From contig CAVTRN010000002.1 of NCBI GenBank assembly GCA_963737155.1, forward strand, positions 2,528,001 to 2,592,000: 64,000 bases of DNA. Reading direction: 5' to 3'. This document shows, piece after piece, positions 11,103 to 20,644 of the stretch. This DNA is from Nitrospirota bacterium (GTDB lineage Bacteria > Nitrospirota > UBA9217). The position numbers and the translations under genes are program-made. The notes under the pieces are model-generated. The model saw only the letters and a program-made list of their open reading frames with translations. It had not been told where the DNA came from and searched no databases. The first letter of the stretch is position 1; every line of letters starts with the position of its first letter.

Positions 11103-11930
11103 ATGCCCACAGGCACTCTCTACATAGTAGCCACTCCCATCGGGAACCTCGAAGACATCACTCTCCGCGCGATCCGTGTCCTGAAAGAAGTCGATCTTAT
11201 CGCAGCCGAGGACACCCGACATACCAAGCACCTTCTCGATCGCTATGAGATTGAGACGCAGATTACGAGTTACCACGATCACAACAAGGAAGAAAAAGCA
11301 CCCGTGCTCATTGCGCGCATACAAGACGGAAACAACGTGGCGCTCGTATCCGACGCAGGTACGCCCGGCATCTCCGACCCCGGCTATTTTCTCATAAACC
11401 TCGCCATAGACCGGAATATATCCGTAGTCCCGATCCCTGGCGCAACCGCCGCCATCGCGGCGCTTTCGGTTTCCGGAATGCCCACAGACAACTTCATATT
11501 CGAAGGATTCTTTCCAGCCAAGCATCAAGGCCGGATCAGGCGGCTCAAGGAACTTGCCAAAGAAGAGCGTACCATCATTTTCTACGAGGCACCACATAGA
11601 ATAATCAGGACTATGAAAGACATGATCGAAGTATTCGGCGACCGTCGTGCAGTCATCACCCGTGAATTGACCAAGATTCATGAGGAGACTATACGGGGAA
11701 CGCTCCCAGAAATTCTGGTGCATCTTCAGACTGGATCGATCAAAGGTGAGTTTACGATCATACTGCACGGCGCTTCAACAAAACCACTGCAGCAGGACGT
11801 AGACGCTGCCGAATATCTTAAAAACCTCATGCTCCATCGTGGATTGAGCAAAAAAGAAGCTATTTCCACCGCAGCGGAGGAGTTGGGAATGCCCAAGAAG
11901 GACGTTTATAAGGAAAGTTTGAAGCTCTGA
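11103..11930 (+). CDS. rsmI: 16S rRNA C1402 2'-O-methyltransferase
   Basis: 'LYIVATPIGNLEDIT', 'VSDAGTPGISDPG' and 'RELTKIHEE'. Confidence 0.97.
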   Translation: MPTGTLYIVATPIGNLEDITLRAIRVLKEVDLIAAEDTRHTKHLLDRYEIETQITSYHDHNKEEKAPVLIARIQDGNNVALVSDAGTPGISDPGYFLINLAIDRNISVVPIPGATAAIAALSVSGMPTDNFIFEGFFPAKHQGRIRRLKELAKEERTIIFYEAPHRIIRTMKDMIEVFGDRRAVITRELTKIHEETIRGTLPEILVHLQTGSIKGEFTIILHGASTKPLQQDVDAAEYLKNLMLHRGLSKKEAISTAAEELGMPKKDVYKESLKL

Positions 11931-12252
11931 CCGGAAAATGGTTCTTTTTGCGGTCTTTGCAAATACTAATGCGCTGCCAATGGCCGCCATTGTCTGCAGA
12001 CCAGCTCTTTAGCCCTCATCTTTAGCAAGCATGTCAGAGAGACGGTCATTTGTCCCATGTCACACTAATTCAATATTTATCTGGTTGTCGTGTAAACAGC
12101 GCCTTATATTCCCACCCTGAAGAGTGATAATAGGGCATCCAGATGGCATGCGTTATTTTTTGCCTGTCGAAATGAATGCGGTTTCTAATTCATCGTTGGC
12201 ATAAGTTCCTGCTCTTTTGAAGCGATGTGAACTCCCATATAGTGAGGTTCCT

Positions 12253-13377
12253 ATGTCTAAAGTGTATTATTCCACCGCCCGCACCCTTCGCTGGGACTAC
12301 AATCACAGTATTCCTGGCAAACTCGAAGCAATGCTCGATAAGATGAGTTTCTCAGCCCGCTACAAAGAGGACGAATGGGTCGCGATCAAAACCCATTGGG
12401 GATCGCAGGGTGCCTTCAGAATCGTGCCGCCAGTCATGATCCGGAAGGTGGTGGAAGCAGTGCAGAATGTCGGGGCAAAACCCTTTGTCACGGACACGGT
12501 CAGGATAACGGGATTGAATTATCTCGAGGTTGCCAATCAGAATGGGCTGAACCACCTTTCCTGTGGAGCGCCGCTCGTTCTGGCCGATGGACTCTACGGC
12601 AAGGACAGCATCCTCGTCAAAGCGGGCCCTATCCTCGGAGAAATAGCCGTTGCCTCGGCGATCCATGACGTGCCTGCCATGGTTGTCTGCTCCCACACTA
12701 AAGGCCACATCAACTCCGGTTATGCCGGTGCTCTTAAGAACCTTGCTATGGGTTGCGTGAGTTCCCGTCATCGCACCCAGGGCTGGGAAAAGGGCCGCGG
12801 TGGCATGCACTGCCACGGAGAAATGGGACTTCAGTGGAACCCCGAAATCTGCACCTTCTGTGAACAGTGTAAAAACATCTGCCCGCTCCACGCAATCGAT
12901 TTCGCGAAAGGTACCTTTGTCTTGGATCAGAACAGTTGCTGGCACTGCGGTCGATGCAGCCGGGTGTGCCAGGAAGGCGCGCTCACCCTTCCCCAGGATG
13001 ATGTAACGTTCCAAAAAAGTCTCGCAGAGGCAGCGTCAGCCGTGCTTTCAACATTCAAAAAAGGCAAGGTCATATATGTTAACTTCCTCTTCGAAATTCA
13101 GCCCGAGTGCGACTGCATGCCCGTAGCCGACGTGCCGGTTGTCCAGGACCAGGGCATCATGATCTCCGACGACGTCGTTGCAATCGAACAGGCCTCTCTC
13201 GACATGATTAAAACCGCCTTTCCCCTGCCTCAATCAGCGGCCGAAGACATGAAGCTGAAACCGGGAGATGACATTCTAGCGAAGCTCAACCCCCGTCCCA
13301 TGCATATTCAAATCGAAGAAGCGGAGAGATTGGGGTTGGGAACGAGGAGTTACGAGCTGGTGCGAATAGTACCATAA
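12253..13377 (+). CDS. DUF362 domain protein with two [4Fe-4S] motifs
   Basis: 'VAIKTHWG', 'SHTKGH', 'GALKNLAMG', CTFCEQC...CP, CWHCGRC...C and 'PECDC'; start placed at ATG 12253 after GAGG. Confidence 0.85.
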   Translation: MSKVYYSTARTLRWDYNHSIPGKLEAMLDKMSFSARYKEDEWVAIKTHWGSQGAFRIVPPVMIRKVVEAVQNVGAKPFVTDTVRITGLNYLEVANQNGLNHLSCGAPLVLADGLYGKDSILVKAGPILGEIAVASAIHDVPAMVVCSHTKGHINSGYAGALKNLAMGCVSSRHRTQGWEKGRGGMHCHGEMGLQWNPEICTFCEQCKNICPLHAIDFAKGTFVLDQNSCWHCGRCSRVCQEGALTLPQDDVTFQKSLAEAASAVLSTFKKGKVIYVNFLFEIQPECDCMPVADVPVVQDQGIMISDDVVAIEQASLDMIKTAFPLPQSAAEDMKLKPGDDILAKLNPRPMHIQIEEAERLGLGTRSYELVRIVP

Positions 13378-13560
13378 AAAACAGTAAACAGCAGATTGCA
13401 AATGATTAACAGTAGAAGCATATACGGGAAGAGAATATGGCACCTGCTCGTTTTCTAATACCTTTTGCCTCCTGCTTTTCAAATGTGCTATACTCTAGCA
13501 TGATTTTCTTATCCGCCAGCTACTATCCGCTGTCTACTTCCTTGAAGGAGTCTCCCTCTC

Positions 13561-14982
13561 ATGCATAAACGCACAAAGATCATTGCCACCATCGGCCCGG
13601 CATCAAGCTCTCCAACAATCATCGCAAAACTTATCCATGCCGGCATGGATGCCGCGCGGTTGAACTTTTCCCATGGGGACTGGGATGACCATACCAAACG
13701 CGTGAGGTTCATCCGGCGTGAGGCGGAAAAGGCAGGAAAACAGATTGCAATCATCCAAGACCTGCAGGGTCCGAAGCTTCGCATAGGCATAATAAAAAAC
13801 GATGTAGTCATGCTCAGGCGAGCAGAAGAGATTTCACTGACCACGCGCAAAGTTCTCGGCACGAACCAGATTATCTCCGTTACCTACCCTCAACTTACGA
13901 AATCCTTGAAACCCGGAGACCGAGTGCTTCTGGATGACGGCAGACTCAAACTCGAAGTGATCAGGAAGATCGCATACGGCCTACGTTGCAAGGTTGTCAA
14001 TGGCGGCTTGCTCGGGAGCCACAAGGGAGTGAACCTGCCGGGCGCCTCGCTTGCACTTCCCTCGCTCTCTCCGAAAGACAGGGACGACCTCCGTTTCGGC
14101 ATCGCGCGAGGCGTGGATTATATCGCTCTTTCCTTCGTGCGCAAGGCCGCCGACATCGAAGCCGTCCGTCTCTTCCTTCAAGCACACGGGGGCGACATCC
14201 CGATCATCGCGAAAATCGAAAAACCCGAAGCTGTTCAAAACCTTGAGGAGATTATCGAGGCGGCCGACGGGATCATGGTGGCGCGCGGTGACCTAGGTGT
14301 GGAAATGTCCCCGGAGCAGGTGCCTTTGCTTCAGAAAAAAATCATCGAGGCTTGTAACCAGGCCGAAAAGCCGGTAATAACGGCCACCCAGATGCTCGAA
14401 AGTATGATCGAGAACCCCCAACCTACTCGTGCTGAGGCGTCGGATGTGGCGAATGCTATCCTCGACGGCACGGACTGCGTCATGCTTTCCGGTGAAACCG
14501 CTATAGGTAAATACCCTGTCCAAGCCGTCGAAGTCATGACGAGAATCGCAATTCAGGCGGAAACCTCTGTTCGTCCCCGGCAACCCAACTCCGATCTCTC
14601 CGGCACTGATGAAAGCGTGGCCCATGCATCCTGCAAGGCAGCCGAGGAGCAGAAGGCGAGGGCGATCGTGACCTTCACCCAATCCGGATCGACCGCCCTC
14701 CTGGTCTCTAAGCATCGTCCCACCGTGGACATCATCGCTGCAACTCCCTTTGACGTGGTTGCGCGCAAAATCTCGCTCTACTGGGGAGTGACCCCCATTA
14801 TCCTGAAAACAAGGCGCACAACTGACAGCATGATTGCTAGTGTCGAGCGCGCTATGCGCTACCGCAGACTCGTCAAGTTGAGAGATCTGATTGTAATAAC
14901 TGCTGGTGTGCCCGTCGGTGTAGCCGGGAGCACGAACATGATGAAGATCCACCGTGTTGGTGAAGACCAGTGCCTGGAATAG
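13561..14982 (+). CDS. pyk: Pyruvate kinase
   Basis: 'RTKIIATIGPA', 'RLNFSHG', 'DLQGPK', 'MVARGDLGVE' and 'MLSGETA'. Confidence 0.98.
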   Translation: MHKRTKIIATIGPASSSPTIIAKLIHAGMDAARLNFSHGDWDDHTKRVRFIRREAEKAGKQIAIIQDLQGPKLRIGIIKNDVVMLRRAEEISLTTRKVLGTNQIISVTYPQLTKSLKPGDRVLLDDGRLKLEVIRKIAYGLRCKVVNGGLLGSHKGVNLPGASLALPSLSPKDRDDLRFGIARGVDYIALSFVRKAADIEAVRLFLQAHGGDIPIIAKIEKPEAVQNLEEIIEAADGIMVARGDLGVEMSPEQVPLLQKKIIEACNQAEKPVITATQMLESMIENPQPTRAEASDVANAILDGTDCVMLSGETAIGKYPVQAVEVMTRIAIQAETSVRPRQPNSDLSGTDESVAHASCKAAEEQKARAIVTFTQSGSTALLVSKHRPTVDIIAATPFDVVARKISLYWGVTPIILKTRRTTDSMIASVERAMRYRRLVKLRDLIVITAGVPVGVAGSTNMMKIHRVGEDQCLE

Positions 14983-15141
14983 CGGTAACTGGCCTTCGTT
15001 CTGCCATGCATCATGCGAAATCCAACATCAGCCATGGATTTTCAATCGCTGACCGTTGCAATCTTATGTAGCAATTCTGAAGGCAAACCTGCTCTTCAGG
15101 TCTGAAGAAATCTTATTTTTTTAGATTTTCTCGGATCAGAG

Positions 15142-15150
15142 TGCTATAAT
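15142..15150 (+). promoter_or_regulatory. Extended -10 promoter element of the fdh operon
   Basis: TGCTATAAT 9 nt upstream of ATG 15160; no SD visible. Confidence 0.5.
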
Positions 15151-15159
15151 ATCCCTCAT

Positions 15160-17298
15160 ATGGAAAATATTTCCACCACCTGTCCCTGGTGCGGTTGTGG
15201 CTGCGGTCTATACCTCCATGTCGAAAATAACCTCATCATTGGCGTTTCACCGAGTCGCAACCACCCAGTTAATCAAGGCACGCTGTGCGTCAAAGGATGG
15301 AACTGCCATGAGTTTGTCCATCATCCTGACCGACTGATCACGCCCCTGCTCAAGGACAGCAAAACAGTCTTCCGCAGGGCGACGTGGGATGAGGCGCTGG
15401 GAGTGACCGCCACGCGGATGTCTGATATCAAAAAGAAGTATGGCCCCGATGCAATCGGCGTACTCGGCTCCGCCAAATGTACGAATGAAGATAACTTCGT
15501 GCTTATGAAGTTCGCCCGTGCAGTCATTGGCACGAACAATGTGGATCACTGCGCGAGACTCTGTCACTCCTCCACCGTAGGCGGTCTGGCTGCCGCGTTC
15601 GGTTCCGGCGCCATGACCAATTCCATCGACGAGATCCGGGACGCACGGGTCATTTTCGTAATCGGTTCAAATACCACAGAACAGCATCCCATGATCGGCA
15701 TGCACATGCTCGAAGCTAGGGACCGCGGCGCGATCATCATCGTGGCCGATCCACGACGCACGCAAATTGCTATGTTTAGCCACCTCCATATGCGCCATAA
15801 AAGCGGCACCGATGTGGCGCTGTTGAACGCTATGATGCACGTGATCATAACCGAGGGCCTTGTTGATCTTTCCTTTATCCGGCAGCGCACCGAAAACTTT
15901 GATGACTTCGAAAATCGCGTTCTGGCTTATCCGCCGGACGTCGCCGAGCGGATTACCTCGGTTCCTGCTGAGGATATACGCAAAGCGGCTCGTCTCTATG
16001 CCTCGGAAAAACGCTCCATGCTTTTTTATTCCATGGGAATCACCCAGCACATAACGGGCGTAGACAATGTGCGTTCCTGCGCCAACCTCGTGATGCTGAC
16101 CGCCCATATTGGCCAACCCATGACGGGATTGAACCCGCTGCGCGGCCAGAACAATGTGCAGGGGGCCTGCGATGTAGGCGCCTTGCCCGATGTCTATTCC
16201 GGCTACCAGAAGGTCGCCGACCCCACTGCGCGGAAGAAATTCGAGCTCGCATGGTCGAGGCCCCTGCCCGAGAAGCGCGGGCTTACGCTCACGGAAATGA
16301 TCGACGCCATCCATGAGAACCGCATTCGCGCGCTCTATATCATGGGCGAAAATCCTATAGTGTCCGATCCCGATGCTGCGCATGTGAAGGACGCATTTGC
16401 GAAGCTTGAATTTCTGGTGGTCCAAGACGTTTTCCCCACCGACACCGCGGAATACGCTCATGTGATCCTGCCCGCCGCTTCGTTCGCGGAAAAGGATGGT
16501 ACCTTCACCAATACCGAACGGCGAGTGCAGAAAATCAGAAAAGCCGTTCCGCCAGTGGGCGAGTCCAAACCCGATTATGAGATAATCTGCAGCCTAGCGA
16601 AGCTCATGGGCTATCCCATGGATTACCGCGCCGCCCATGAAATCATGGAGGAGATCGCTATCCTTACGCCATCGTACGGGGGCATCCTTCACCACCGCCT
16701 CGACTCGGGATTCGGTCTCCAGTGGCCCTGTTTCGGCATGGACCATCCCGGCACGCCCTATTTGCACAGGAAAAAATTCGCCCGAGGCATGGGCGCGTTC
16801 ATTCCCGTCGAGTTCATTCCGCCGGCCGAACCGACAGACAGTGAATATCCCTTTATCCTGACCACGGGCAGAAGCTATTTTCACTACCACACCGGCACCA
16901 TGTGCAGGCGAACTATTACACTTGAACGGGAAGAGCCTGAGTGCACCGTAGAGATCAATCCCATCGACGCAGAGCGGATCGAAATCCGGCCGAACGATCC
17001 GGTGCGGGTCAAATCCCGCCGCGGCAGCATTGAAGTGAAAGCCCGGGTTACCGCGACCGTCCCGGAGGGCATCATTTTTATCCCCTTCCACTTCCGGGAA
17101 GCGGCAGCGAACCTGCTTACAATTAATGCGGTCGATCCGAATGCCAAGATCCCGGAATTCAAGGTCTGTGCAGTGGCGGTCGAGGCCGTCAGAAGCAGGC
17201 CCGGCACACGCCAGCGACCGAGAATCGGCTATTATGAAGGAATGCGAATCGGTCTCGATCTCTATATTCCTCCCGAGGAAATGGTCCCGAAAAAGTAA
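15160..17298 (+). CDS. fdhF: Cytoplasmic Mo/W-bisPGD formate dehydrogenase catalytic subunit (FdhF-like, Cys-containing)
   Basis: CPWCGCGC...C Fe-S motif, active-site 'CARLCHSS', 'PLRGQNNVQGA' and 'PEFKVCAV'; no Tat signal. Confidence 0.9.
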   Translation: MENISTTCPWCGCGCGLYLHVENNLIIGVSPSRNHPVNQGTLCVKGWNCHEFVHHPDRLITPLLKDSKTVFRRATWDEALGVTATRMSDIKKKYGPDAIGVLGSAKCTNEDNFVLMKFARAVIGTNNVDHCARLCHSSTVGGLAAAFGSGAMTNSIDEIRDARVIFVIGSNTTEQHPMIGMHMLEARDRGAIIIVADPRRTQIAMFSHLHMRHKSGTDVALLNAMMHVIITEGLVDLSFIRQRTENFDDFENRVLAYPPDVAERITSVPAEDIRKAARLYASEKRSMLFYSMGITQHITGVDNVRSCANLVMLTAHIGQPMTGLNPLRGQNNVQGACDVGALPDVYSGYQKVADPTARKKFELAWSRPLPEKRGLTLTEMIDAIHENRIRALYIMGENPIVSDPDAAHVKDAFAKLEFLVVQDVFPTDTAEYAHVILPAASFAEKDGTFTNTERRVQKIRKAVPPVGESKPDYEIICSLAKLMGYPMDYRAAHEIMEEIAILTPSYGGILHHRLDSGFGLQWPCFGMDHPGTPYLHRKKFARGMGAFIPVEFIPPAEPTDSEYPFILTTGRSYFHYHTGTMCRRTITLEREEPECTVEINPIDAERIEIRPNDPVRVKSRRGSIEVKARVTATVPEGIIFIPFHFREAAANLLTINAVDPNAKIPEFKVCAVAVEAVRSRPGTRQRPRIGYYEGMRIGLDLYIPPEEMVPKK

Positions 17299-17306
17299 AA
17301 AAGCAT

Positions 17307-18344
17307 ATGGTCGAAATGTACGTTCTCAATAAGAACCACCTTTCTTTCTGGCTCCGCAAGCTCAAGACCTCCCATGAGCTGATCGCGCCAGTGCGGGACG
17401 TTTCGGGCGACATTGTTCTCACCGAACTGTCACGCATGCACGAGACCGCTCTCGACGGCCCCGCTCTTATGCCTTCGCCCAAGGAATACCTGCTTCCACA
17501 AATGGAACAGCTCTTCTGCTACTCCGCGGAGGGTATTGAAGAGGCGTTCAATAAACGGCCGCGGGTACTCTTCGGCATCAGGCCCTGCGACCTCTCGGCC
17601 ATCAGGATCCTCGATATCTTTTATCTGGGGAAAACGGCGGATGCCTACTATGCATCGCGGCGCAGCAGGACTTCTTTGATCTCAATTGCCTGCAACCAGC
17701 CAGATCCTACCTGTTTCTGCCTCGGTCTTGGGACCGGACCGTTCCTGAAATCGGGATTTGATCTGCAGCTTACCGACCTTGGTGAACGTTTCCTGGTCGA
17801 AACTGGATCGGAAGCAGGGCAGGCCCTGATCAGGGATTTTCCACACATCTTTACTCAGCCTGTTCAAACAGATAGCGAGGATTTATACGAAACCCGCCTT
17901 GCATCGCAGAGTCGCTTTGAAAAACACGTCAACCTCGAGCACGTACGCAGGAAAATTCAAGCAGGCGTGGTGAGCGATGCATTTTGGGAAACGGTGTCCG
18001 TCCGCTGTTTCGAGTGCGGTGGCTGCGTCTATAACTGTCCGGTATGTACCTGCTTCAACGTCATCGACCGGCCCGTGGCGCCCGACTCTGGTAAGCGCAT
18101 CAGAATCTGGGATACCTGCATGTTCAAGGGGTTTTCGCGCATGGCAGGCGGCGTGGTGCCCGCGGAAATAAAAATAAACCGCACCAAGCGGTGGTTCCAT
18201 CACAAGCTTCTTCACTGGCCCGAACAGTTCGGGACTTTCGGGTGCGTGGGCTGCGGACGCTGCGCAATCTCCTGTCCAGGGAAAATCGATATGGCCACAG
18301 TGGCGCTCAGGATCAAAGGCGCGGACCAGGTGGAAGAAAGATAA
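17307..18344 (+). CDS. AsrA/sulfhydrogenase-beta-like 4Fe-4S dicluster protein
   Basis: 'FGIRPCD', 'C...TCFC', 'CFECGGC...CPVCTCF', 'R.WDTC' and 'CVGCGRC...CP'. Confidence 0.88.
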   Translation: MVEMYVLNKNHLSFWLRKLKTSHELIAPVRDVSGDIVLTELSRMHETALDGPALMPSPKEYLLPQMEQLFCYSAEGIEEAFNKRPRVLFGIRPCDLSAIRILDIFYLGKTADAYYASRRSRTSLISIACNQPDPTCFCLGLGTGPFLKSGFDLQLTDLGERFLVETGSEAGQALIRDFPHIFTQPVQTDSEDLYETRLASQSRFEKHVNLEHVRRKIQAGVVSDAFWETVSVRCFECGGCVYNCPVCTCFNVIDRPVAPDSGKRIRIWDTCMFKGFSRMAGGVVPAEIKINRTKRWFHHKLLHWPEQFGTFGCVGCGRCAISCPGKIDMATVALRIKGADQVEER

Positions 18345-18446
18345 CCTTACACGTAACGCGCAAAGCAGGGCGTTTGCTCGGCGAAACGGCTCTGTTGTTT
18401 TTTCCGTTTTCGCTATGCCCTGTGCATTAGCAGCAATCATATTACT

Positions 18447-19286
18447 ATGAAAACGACAAACATCTATCTGCCGTTCAAAACATCTGTCCGTGATGTGAAG
18501 GAAATCGCGAAGGACGTATATCTTTTCTCGATCGTCGTCCCTGACGATTTCACTTATCAGCCCGGCCAATTCGTCATGGCATCCCTGTTCGGCGTCGGCG
18601 AAGTTCCTATTTCGATTACATCCACTCCCGGCGTGAGCAGAGATCTTGAAATTTGCGTTCGCACAGTGGGACACGTTTCATCGGCCATGAACAGCCTGAA
18701 GTCGAACGATATTATTTGGATCCGCGGACCCTACGGCAGGCCATTTCCCATTAATGGGCACCAAGAGGTCCTGTTCATTTGTGGCGGCATCGGCATTGTG
18801 CCGCTCCGGCCACTTATAAATCAGATAATCAATTTGCGAACAGCCTCAGGCGGAAAAGAGATGGTGACAATAATATACGGTTCCCGAAATCCCTCTGAAG
18901 TCCTTTTCATGGATGAAATCTCCTCTTGGACGAATCTGGGTGCCAACGTTGTATTGACCGTTGATGCCTGCCAGATTGAGAGTTGGAAAGGTTGCACGGG
19001 ACTTGTAACAGACCACTTCGGCAATGCGAGAGTAGATTTCAAGAACAGCACTGCCTACATTTGCGGCCCTCATGTCATGATCCAAGCCGCGATGCGCGAT
19101 CTGTCGCTCATGGGCATGCCTGATGATCACATCATAACGACGCTCGAAGCTCACATGAAATGCGGTGTGGGAAAATGCGGTCACTGCTACTGCGGGGGAA
19201 AGCTTATCTGCGAGGAAGGGCCGATCTTCTCACTTGAGGAAATAAAAAAATACAATATCAGACCGGGCAGGGACAGCCTCGTATAA
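18447..19286 (+). CDS. AsrB/sulfhydrogenase-gamma-like FAD/NAD(P)-binding [2Fe-2S] protein
   Basis: 'PGQFVM', 'GEVPISI', 'RGPYG', 'GGIGIVPLR' and 'MKCGVGKCGHC...C.EGP'. Confidence 0.9.
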   Translation: MKTTNIYLPFKTSVRDVKEIAKDVYLFSIVVPDDFTYQPGQFVMASLFGVGEVPISITSTPGVSRDLEICVRTVGHVSSAMNSLKSNDIIWIRGPYGRPFPINGHQEVLFICGGIGIVPLRPLINQIINLRTASGGKEMVTIIYGSRNPSEVLFMDEISSWTNLGANVVLTVDACQIESWKGCTGLVTDHFGNARVDFKNSTAYICGPHVMIQAAMRDLSLMGMPDDHIITTLEAHMKCGVGKCGHCYCGGKLICEEGPIFSLEEIKKYNIRPGRDSLV

Positions 19287-19306
19287 TAAAAAGGCTATCT
19301 CCTGGC

Positions 19307-19612
19307 TTAATCTTCATCCTTATTAGGGCTACCAGGTTTTCCGTACCTCTCCAAGTAATCGCGGCTGAATGCTGGAATTACGCCAGCCTGGCCGTCCTGG
19401 GGATGAATCATGAAACGATAGGAAACGAGTTGGCCATAGCCTTCCATCATGTGCTCCCATCCCTTTTTGAACAAAGTGCACTCGTTATTGTAACATACCC
19501 AAAGATAGGGCGAATCCCAGTCTAGGTAACGGGAATCCATCTGCTCCATTTCATGCCTGCAGTGCGGACAGGTCGGGGCCGTGGTGACCTTCCAGTCTGA
19601 TGTATCCATCAT
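19307..19612 (-). CDS. Small Zn-ribbon-like hypothetical protein
   Basis: CPHC...CYNNEC cysteine pairs; GGAGG RBS upstream of 19612. Confidence 0.65.
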   Translation of the reverse strand: MMDTSDWKVTTAPTCPHCRHEMEQMDSRYLDWDSPYLWVCYNNECTLFKKGWEHMMEGYGQLVSYRFMIHPQDGQAGVIPAFSRDYLERYGKPGSPNKDED

Positions 19613-19683
19613 AAAAACCCTCCAAAACAAATTCGACCAATATTATACGTGTCCGCAAAGTTTATTGCAACAGGAAAAGGCTT

Positions 19684-20256
19684 TCAATAATTTTCGGTCC
19701 AGAGCTCGAAAAAGCTCTTCTTATGAAGACAGGCGGGACATACATCAAGCGCATCCGTACCTTCGTGATGATAGCCGCAATTCCGGCAAATCCAGGTCGT
19801 CTTTTCGTCCTTGCTGAAAACCGTGTTCGACTCTATATTTTCAAGCAGCTTCAGAAACCGCTTCTCGTGTTCGACCTCGACCTTAGCAATATAACGGAAC
19901 GCCACGGCAACATCAGGAAAGCCCTCCAGTTCTGCCTCATCGCCGAATCCCGGATAAAGGTTCGTCCACTCCTCGTGTTCTCCTGCGGCGGCTGCCTTCA
20001 GGTTCTGGGCCGTGATCCCAATGGTGCCTGCGGGAAAGGACGCGGTAAATTCAACCATGCCTCCCTCAAGGAATTTAAAGAATCGCTTAGCATGCTCCTT
20101 TTCGTTCTCCGCCGTTTCCAGAAAAATTGCCGCTATCTGCTCATAACCTTCTTTTCTCGCCCCACTCGAGAAAAAGGTGTACCGGTTCCTTGCTTGAGAT
20201 TCGCCGGCGAAAGCTGCAAGCAGATTTTTTTCCGTTTTGGTTCCTTTCAGCCTCAT
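19684..20256 (-). CDS. rbr: Rubrerythrin
   Basis: 'AFAGESQARNRY', 'NEKEHA', 'VEVEHE' and C-terminal rubredoxin motif CRNC...CPAC; GGAGG RBS before 20256. Confidence 0.96.
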   Translation of the reverse strand: MRLKGTKTEKNLLAAFAGESQARNRYTFFSSGARKEGYEQIAAIFLETAENEKEHAKRFFKFLEGGMVEFTASFPAGTIGITAQNLKAAAAGEHEEWTNLYPGFGDEAELEGFPDVAVAFRYIAKVEVEHEKRFLKLLENIESNTVFSKDEKTTWICRNCGYHHEGTDALDVCPACLHKKSFFELWTENY

Positions 20257-20644
20257 TAATTCCTCCCTAGCATCTTTCCCGACATGCAAGCTTTAATCAC
20301 GGAATGAACAAAAACGAGTTGACTTCCCAGCTAGTACAAACATACAATATATTTCAACAGCCTGTGAGTAACTTATTAATTTTACAGAGCTACTTATACA
20401 ACATGATCACATTATTCCGCATGCTTGTAGTCCCCTGCGCATGCCACTCCAATCCTTGATTTCTGCTTGATCAAAACTTTTTCCTTGAACGCAAAGAGGC
20501 ACAAAATCCGATAATAAAATTTGCATGTGTCTCAAGTGCCTTTTTGCGGTTATTTTACCGGTGATGTATGTTCTGACCGTTAACAATTGTCTCCTCAAAC
20601 TGCTATTGTTCAATTTTATGTGTGGTCAAACAGTCACTGCACTT

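Noticed and set aside
15540-15575. Selenocysteine in the formate dehydrogenase active site
   Set aside because: The codon is TGT (Cys) in CARLCHSS and the frame is uninterrupted
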